This document shows positions 58,205-64,000 of a DNA stretch of 64,000 bases, in pieces (positions within the stretch are counted from its first letter, which is position 1; every line of letters starts with the position of its first letter). Source of the DNA: Myxococcota bacterium. GTDB lineage: Bacteria > Myxococcota_A > SURF-8. The notes beneath the pieces were generated by a model. That model had not been told where the DNA came from. It saw only the letters and a program-made list of their open reading frames with translations, and did not search any database. The stretch lies in the NCBI GenBank assembly GCA_965140415.1, contig OZ223209.1, forward strand, positions 3,552,001-3,616,000, given 5' to 3'. The translations under genes were made by a program, and so were the position numbers.

Positions 58205-59443
58205 ATGAATTCCAATCGTCTGCAACCGCCTGCCGGTGGAAATAAAATTACATATAACAATGGCCGCTTGACCGTCCCGAACGATCCGATCATTCCCTTT
58301 ATCGAAGGTGACGGCATCGGCGTTGACATCACTCCCGCGATGCGCCGCGTAGTCGATGCGGCGGTAAAGACCGCCAGCGGCGATACAAAACAGATTCACT
58401 GGTGGCAGATTCCGGCTGGAGAAATGGCCAAAGAGCAGTTCGACGAATGGCTACCGCAAGAAACCTACGACGCCATTCGAGACTACCACGTGGCGATCAA
58501 GGGACCGATGACGACCCCGATCGGCGGCGGTATCCGTTCGTTAAACGTCGCATTGCGTCAGGATCTCGATTTATACGCCTGCGTTCGTCCCGTACGCTGG
58601 TTCGAAGGCGTCCCGGCTCCAGTTAAACGTCCACAAGACCTTAACGTGGTTATTTTCCGCGAAAATACGGAAGACACCTATTTGGGTATCGAATTCAGAA
58701 GCGGAAGCGGAGAAGCAGAAAAACTGACACACCTGTTAAATGAAATCGGCTCGAAGGAAATCCCGGAGGGAAGCGCCATCGGCATCAAGCCGATCTCCAA
58801 GCATGGAACGGAGCGTATCTGTAAGCAGGCCATCGATTACGCCATCCAAAAAGGACTGCCTTCCATTACGATTGTCCACAAGGGCAACATCATGAAATAC
58901 ACCGAAGGCGCGTTTCGTGATTGGGCTTATGAGTTTTACAAGGATCACTATCGCGATCAGATCGTAACAGAGGAAGAAACCTGGCAGGGAACCAGCACCG
59001 AAGGCAAGATCATCGTCAAAGATCGCATTGCCGATGCCATGTTCCAGCAGGTGTTATTGCGACCGGATGAATATAGTGTGATTGTCACCATGAATCTGAA
59101 TGGTGACTATATCTCCGACGCCTGCGCCGCCCAGGTCGGTGGATTGGGAATGGCTCCGGGAGCGAATATCGGCGACGGCATCGGCCTGTTCGAAGCGACA
59201 CACGGCACGGCCCCAAAGTATGCAGGACAGGATAAGGTCAATCCCGGATCGATCATCCTCTCGGCGTGCCTGATGCTGGAATATATGGGATGGCAAGACG
59301 CAGCGGAGTTGATATACGCCGCGATATCGAAAACCATCAAAGATAAAACCGTAACGTACGACCTCGAACGCCAGATGGAAGGTGCGACATTACTTGGCAC
59401 TTCCGCCTTTGCGGATGCGATTATTGCCAACCTAAAAAGCTGA
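58205..59443 (+). CDS. icd: Isocitrate dehydrogenase (NADP-dependent, E. coli type)
   Basis: [59 protein letters not shown]. Confidence 0.97.
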   Translation: MNSNRLQPPAGGNKITYNNGRLTVPNDPIIPFIEGDGIGVDITPAMRRVVDAAVKTASGDTKQIHWWQIPAGEMAKEQFDEWLPQETYDAIRDYHVAIKGPMTTPIGGGIRSLNVALRQDLDLYACVRPVRWFEGVPAPVKRPQDLNVVIFRENTEDTYLGIEFRSGSGEAEKLTHLLNEIGSKEIPEGSAIGIKPISKHGTERICKQAIDYAIQKGLPSITIVHKGNIMKYTEGAFRDWAYEFYKDHYRDQIVTEEETWQGTSTEGKIIVKDRIADAMFQQVLLRPDEYSVIVTMNLNGDYISDACAAQVGGLGMAPGANIGDGIGLFEATHGTAPKYAGQDKVNPGSIILSACLMLEYMGWQDAAELIYAAISKTIKDKTVTYDLERQMEGATLLGTSAFADAIIANLKS

Positions 59444-59463
59444 AAAGCCGCTTTAATCGCAAT

Positions 59464-61260
59464 TTAGCTCTGTGCGGATTCGGGAAGTTCGGTGAGCAGA
59501 TGAATCGTAAAGGTGCTTCCTTTGCCTAATTCGCTTTGTACTTCGATACTTCCATTATGAGCGCTCACAATATGCTTGACGATGGCCAGCCCCAACCCGG
59601 TGCCGCCCATCTTCCTACTGCGAGCCTTGTCAACACGATAGAAACGTTCGAAAATACGAGCTAACGTCTCTTGAGGAATACCGAAACCGGAATCAATTAC
59701 CTGAATGCATACGCCTCCGGGTTCTTGGGTACAGGCAATGCGAATGTGACCTTGCTCTTCACTGTATTTGATCGCATTGTCTACCAGATTTACCAGGGCC
59801 TGCTCAAGTAGCTGTGGGTTGATCATGGCAACCAAATCGTCGGAACAATCCACCTGCAAATCAATTTGTTTTGCCTGCGCCTTGGGACTACAGAGTACCA
59901 TTGAGTTTACGATGACATCTTTCAGCGGTCCGGATTCCAGTTGGATGCGCGAAGCTTCGGCGTTCTGCTCGATTCGCGCCAAGGCCAGAAGATCTTCGAT
60001 AATGGCATTCAAACGGTCGGAATGACGGGAAATAATTTCCAAAAAGCGCTTGGCTTTGTCCGGCTCGTCAATCGCGCCCTCTCGCAACGTTTCCACAAAG
60101 CCTTTAATCGATGTGATCGGCGTTTTCAGTTCATGTGAAACATTGGCAGCAAAGTCTTTGCGAACATTCTCCAACTGTTTCATGCGGGTGACATCATGAA
60201 GGACGATCAAGGCGCCCGTGCGTTGATGAGTGGCATTGCGAATGGTGGTGCCATGCATTTGCAAATAACGTTCGCTGCCATCGTCGAGAACGATTTCTCC
60301 TTCCACGAAACTGTCGCTGTCCAGTGCGCTGCGAACGAACTGGTGGATTTCGCGATTGTCCGTGATCTCCCAGATCGGTCGGCTATTGGCTTTTAGCGGC
60401 GTAACTCCCAGCATATTTGCGGCGGCTTCATTGAAGCGTAGAATGTTGCCCTGCAAATCAATAACCAGAATCGCCTCGATCATACTCGCCAGCATGACTT
60501 CCAACTCGTTACGCTGCTCGGTGATCATGCGGAAGCGCTCTTCCAACTGTTCAGCCATCAGGTTCATCGTGTTGGCTAATGCACCGATCTCCAGCGACCC
60601 GGAAATTTGCAGCCGGTAGGAGAGATCTCCCATGGCAAAACGCTCCGCCCCGGCTCTAACATCCAAAATCGGCCTTCCGATGCGCTTGGATACCCACAAG
60701 CTGACCAGCGCAGATAGCAGAGCGATAATCACCCCACCTATCGCAATGCGTTTTAAAATCGTACGTAATGCCTGATCGATATCCGCAGAGGGCATCGACG
60801 CTCGCAGTACGCCGATGACTTCGCCATTCTTGGTTACCGGCAAAGCAACATAAAGCATGTCCTTTTGCAACGTCGCGCTGAAGCGGGTTGACGTTCCTGC
60901 AAGCCCCTTAAAAGCCTGAATGATTTCCGGGCGGTTGGCGTGGTTGTCCATTCGTTCGGGTTCTTCTTCCGAATCTCCAATTACCTTGCCATCAGGCAAG
61001 ATCACGGTAAGTCGCGTGGTCGCGATCGATCCGAAACGCTTGCAGGCGGCATTGATATCATAGGATTCATGCTGAAGAAGCTTTTCTTCCAGCATGTTTT
61101 GGATCAAATAGGCGCGTGTCTCCAACTCCTTACGAGTATGATCCATATAAAAAGATTTAATGGAACTTGAGGCGTACCAGGAGATGGCAAGTAATGAAAA
61201 CAACACCATCAACAGATAAGATGGATAAAGTTGCCAGAGCAGAGGCCGACGTGTGGCCAT
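59464..61260 (-). CDS. phoR: PhoR-like sensor histidine kinase (TM-Cache-TM-HAMP-PAS-HisKA-HATPase)
   Basis: MDNHANRPE, DFAANVSHELKTPITSI, NLVDNAIKY, FERFYRVDKARSR..GGTGLGL. Confidence 0.8.
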   Translation of the reverse strand: MATRRPLLWQLYPSYLLMVLFSLLAISWYASSSIKSFYMDHTRKELETRAYLIQNMLEEKLLQHESYDINAACKRFGSIATTRLTVILPDGKVIGDSEEEPERMDNHANRPEIIQAFKGLAGTSTRFSATLQKDMLYVALPVTKNGEVIGVLRASMPSADIDQALRTILKRIAIGGVIIALLSALVSLWVSKRIGRPILDVRAGAERFAMGDLSYRLQISGSLEIGALANTMNLMAEQLEERFRMITEQRNELEVMLASMIEAILVIDLQGNILRFNEAAANMLGVTPLKANSRPIWEITDNREIHQFVRSALDSDSFVEGEIVLDDGSERYLQMHGTTIRNATHQRTGALIVLHDVTRMKQLENVRKDFAANVSHELKTPITSIKGFVETLREGAIDEPDKAKRFLEIISRHSDRLNAIIEDLLALARIEQNAEASRIQLESGPLKDVIVNSMVLCSPKAQAKQIDLQVDCSDDLVAMINPQLLEQALVNLVDNAIKYSEEQGHIRIACTQEPGGVCIQVIDSGFGIPQETLARIFERFYRVDKARSRKMGGTGLGLAIVKHIVSAHNGSIEVQSELGKGSTFTIHLLTELPESAQS

Positions 61261-61263
61261 AGT

Positions 61264-61950
61264 CTATTCCTTGAAGCGATAGCCGACCCCACGGACGGTT
61301 TCTATATATGTGCCCGCATTTCCAAGTTTTTTCCTGAGCGCCACGATCTGCACATCAACCGAACGATTGGTCACGGGGTAGTCATCACCCTTGACGGCTT
61401 CGATTATCTGATTGCGCGTAAATACCCAACCTGGACGACGAGCCAGAAAGGAAAGGATACCGAATTCCGTTGCAGTCAAATCAACACCTTGATTTGCCAC
61501 CAACACTTCATGCCGTTGAGGATTGATGCGCAAATCGTGAATAGCGACATTAGAGAAATCCTCATTGGCAGGCGAACTTCCACGCCGCAGGACCGCCCGC
61601 AAGCGAGCGATTAGCACGCGAGGACTGAATGGTTTTACGACATAGTCATCTGCACCGACTTCCAGACCGGAAACGATGTCGGCATCTTCACCTTTGGCCG
61701 TTAGCATGATGATCGGAATGGCGGAAGTCGCCTGATCGGTTTTCAACTTGCGGCAGACCTCAAGACCATCAATGCCCGGCAACATCAAATCGAGCACGAT
61801 CACATCCGGGTTCAGGCTCTTGGCTGCCTGGCAGGCCGCCTCCCCACTGCTGACGCAATCGACTTTGTATCCTTCTTTGGAAAGATTGTAATCCAACAGT
61901 TCGAGAATGTCTTCTTCATCATCTACAACCAGAATTTTCTCTTTGGACAT
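61264..61950 (-). CDS. phoB: PhoB/PhoP-like OmpR-family response regulator
   Basis: VVDDEED, LDLMLPG, IIMLTAKGE, GADDYVVKPFSPR, RSVDVQI, IETVRGVGY; AGGAG RBS before ATG 61950. Confidence 0.8.
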   Translation of the reverse strand: MSKEKILVVDDEEDILELLDYNLSKEGYKVDCVSSGEAACQAAKSLNPDVIVLDLMLPGIDGLEVCRKLKTDQATSAIPIIMLTAKGEDADIVSGLEVGADDYVVKPFSPRVLIARLRAVLRRGSSPANEDFSNVAIHDLRINPQRHEVLVANQGVDLTATEFGILSFLARRPGWVFTRNQIIEAVKGDDYPVTNRSVDVQIVALRKKLGNAGTYIETVRGVGYRFKE

Positions 61951-62008
61951 TGGCGCTTCTCCTAAGCGATTAAGGAACAATCTACTGCTTTGGAAACTAC
62001 GACCGGAT

Positions 62009-62036
62009 TGTTAGCATTTTATTAGCGTTTGGTTAG
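62009..62036 (-). promoter_or_regulatory. Pho-box-like triple direct repeat with 11-nt period
   Basis: Minus strand CTAACC-N5-CTAATA-N5-CTAACA, then 9 nt, then TAGTTT (-10-like), upstream of the response regulator. Confidence 0.55.
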
Positions 62037-62105
62037 AATGCCTACAATTCCAACACAGCAGATCTCCCTCTCTGTACCGCCGTATGACGCTGAAAACTGT
62101 CGAAC

Positions 62106-62134
62106 ATGCTAGCACGATTTCGAACACTTGACAA
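62106..62134 (-). promoter_or_regulatory. Candidate sigma70 (extended -10) promoter upstream of phoB
   Basis: TTGTCA-17 nt-TAGCAT with TG extension. Confidence 0.45.
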
Positions 62135-62281
62135 TCTAAGCATAACCATAGTGCGAACAGGGAAGAAAACAGGCCTTAAATCGATCTCTAAAATCAGATC
62201 GAAATTCACGTACGTTTTGCATTGGATTGGCAGCAGCGAAAAGGCTCTGCCAGCACAAGATAGCCAGCAAAGGAGTATTTC

Positions 62282-62437
62282 ATGGAGAAAAAGGCAGGAA
62301 AAGAAAGCACGAAAAAAGGAAAACTGGTGATGTGCCCGACCTGCCGGATGGTCATACCACTGGACAGCGAAACCGAAAAAGCACATCGCTGTTACGAGGC
62401 TTGTGAAATTCTGGAAAAGCCCAAACGAAACAAATAA
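62282..62437 (+). CDS. 51-aa Cys/His microprotein, putative zinc finger
   Basis: AAGGAG RBS 6 nt before ATG; translation MEKKAGKESTKKGKLVMCPTCRMVIPLDSETEKAHRCYEACEILEKPKRNK; below the ORF-track length cut-off. Confidence 0.65.
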   Translation: MEKKAGKESTKKGKLVMCPTCRMVIPLDSETEKAHRCYEACEILEKPKRNK

Positions 62438-62521
62438 ACAACCATTGCCGATACATCCAAGTATTGGCAATAGAGTCAACTAGTTTGCGCCATCTGTTGA
62501 CAGCAGAAGTTGATCGACTGC

Positions 62522-64000
62522 CTAGTCAAATGCAATGTAGTAGATGAATATCCCGCGATGATAGGCAGTTGGGTCCGTGATTTTGTGAACGGCAAGCACC
62601 AGCACACGTGCATCGGATTGCACGATCTGATTCGCCGAGCTGTTCGCTTCCAGTTGAAACAAGCTGTAGATGGTAAAAACTCCGAAGATGGAACGCTTAT
62701 GAACCAGTTGACTCTGCTCTACCTGGATGTTCACATCCTCTTGAATATCCTTGTTTTCTTCCGACTTCTTAAGCAACCGCTCCAAAGCTTGGTCGGCAAC
62801 CTGTTGTAAACGGGGCTCTCGCTTGAACAAGGGCTTACCCTGCTTGTGACGCATGCCATTTAAATAATCGAAAATCGCTGTCGACAAGGCTTCTCCCTGG
62901 CGCGCATCCACAACCGTTGCCACATTGCAACTCACCGAATAATAACGAGTTCCGAACTCATTTTCACGCCAGGCCACACCACAACCAAGGTGCGTCAAAG
63001 CCGGATTGGTGAAAAAGGCTTTCAAACTGGGGCTTTGTTCGAAATGATCCAACACGGTTCGAATCGAATAGGCACCATCCACCAACGCCCCGGCTTGTAA
63101 GATGTCAAGACCGACTTGCTGCAAACGATATTCCACGGGACGCCCCTGGCGGTCATAGATGGAGCTGTAGTGGTGCTCCAACATGTCTTCCGCATGTACT
63201 CGCGCCACACGCTGCATTTTATCGAAATCCTGCAACATCAACACACTCGCCCGCGCACGGGCATCGTTGATACCATTAAGCAGTAATCGCTCACATTGTT
63301 CGGGGGTTTCACATTCCACGGGCTTGCGAAGCTCTTTAAATTCCTGTGGTATCGGAACTTTGTGATAAAGCGGAAAACTAAGCAGCACCCGGCTTCCCCG
63401 TTCGGATTCACTAACGATTTCCAGATTGTATACAGCCGGTGCCGAAGGAACCTGCACTTCGAACAGGAATTTTCCTTGCTTGGTTTCAATTGGAGTTTGA
63501 AAAATGTGATCTCCCATGAAATCGAGATAAAAGCCCAAGCGACAATTCGGCTGAAGACAACTTCCCTTTACCAGAAACCGGTTTTCCATAGGAACAATCT
63601 TGGGAATCGTCTCCAGATCCAGTTCCCGTTCAAGCAGTAACACCGTCACGTAGTCGACCGGCTTGTGGTCATCATCGCCATGCAAGCGATAGATTCCCAA
63701 AGCTGCCATCCGTTGAGAATTGGAGGGCTGCAACTGAGCGAACCAATTCGCGAGGTACTCGCCAAATTCAGAATCCGCCTGTTCGGATTCCGAGGGCATC
63801 CCATAATGCAGATACCGCACCCCAATCTCACCGACACCTGCTCGTTGTAGAGCGAACTGCACCATGCGGTCAGATGGAGTCTGTTGGTGCATCGCAGTGT
63901 GTTGACTCAAACAACGAGCTGCCACCAATAAACGAAAATCGAAGGCGGGCGCAATTGAACCGCTTTTTTGGGCGATGGCGATGAATTGCGCATAAAGGCG
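62522..64000 (-). CDS. CAP/SCP-domain protein; 5' end lies beyond the window
   Basis: Frame is open to the window edge; INDARARA..VARVHAEDM..SPSLKA..LTHLGCGVA, plus a second degenerate LNGMRHKQG..LQQVA unit. Confidence 0.72.
   Translation of the reverse strand, partial: RLYAQFIAIAQKSGSIAPAFDFRLLVAARCLSQHTAMHQQTPSDRMVQFALQRAGVGEIGVRYLHYGMPSESEQADSEFGEYLANWFAQLQPSNSQRMAALGIYRLHGDDDHKPVDYVTVLLLERELDLETIPKIVPMENRFLVKGSCLQPNCRLGFYLDFMGDHIFQTPIETKQGKFLFEVQVPSAPAVYNLEIVSESERGSRVLLSFPLYHKVPIPQEFKELRKPVECETPEQCERLLLNGINDARARASVLMLQDFDKMQRVARVHAEDMLEHHYSSIYDRQGRPVEYRLQQVGLDILQAGALVDGAYSIRTVLDHFEQSPSLKAFFTNPALTHLGCGVAWRENEFGTRYYSVSCNVATVVDARQGEALSTAIFDYLNGMRHKQGKPLFKREPRLQQVADQALERLLKKSEENKDIQEDVNIQVEQSQLVHKRSIFGVFTIYSLFQLEANSSANQIVQSDARVLVLAVHKITDPTAYHRGIFIYYIAFD

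Noticed and set aside
62042-62479. 145-aa minus-strand hydrophobic ORF
   Set aside because: No clear RBS or motif; it is antisense to the better-supported 51-aa ORF and overlaps promoter elements.
1-64000. tRNA, rRNA, IS/transposase, integrase or prophage genes
   Set aside because: None recognised by eye in ORFs or intergenic regions; a tRNAscan/Rfam run would be needed to exclude them fully.

Overview
A 64 kb bacterial chromosomal window. The cysteine-rich, Asp-Gly-Asp (DGD) repeat lipoproteins and the gene content suggest a Myxococcota/Deltaproteobacteria-like organism (inference). It holds housekeeping blocks (histone-deacetylase-family gene, pnp-rpsO-truB, psd, sufCBDS, iorAB, an ADP-forming acyl-CoA synthetase, a TCA cluster gltA-acnA / lpdA-sucB-sucA / two mdh-like genes / icd, and a phoB-phoR-like pair). 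An accessory stretch at about 16.8-45.4 kb is rich in large secreted lipoproteins. The standout element is a four-gene His-Xaa-Ser (Hxs)-type RiPP cluster at 23098-26174 (-): an HxsD-like protein, an HxsB-like radical SAM/SPASM maturase, a 134-aa precursor ending in 16 contiguous His-Xaa-Ser triplets plus Trp, and an atypical second radical SAM enzyme without SPASM cysteines. Other notable signals: a shared DGD-linker lipoprotein architecture; several enzymes with altered catalytic motifs (second MDH, GH172-like, C45-like, IorA ferredoxin domain); a Pho-box-like 11-nt-period repeat; and a 51-aa Cys/His microprotein missing from the ORF track. No rRNA, tRNA, CRISPR array or IS element was recognised. 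All calls come from reading motifs by eye; no database searches were run.
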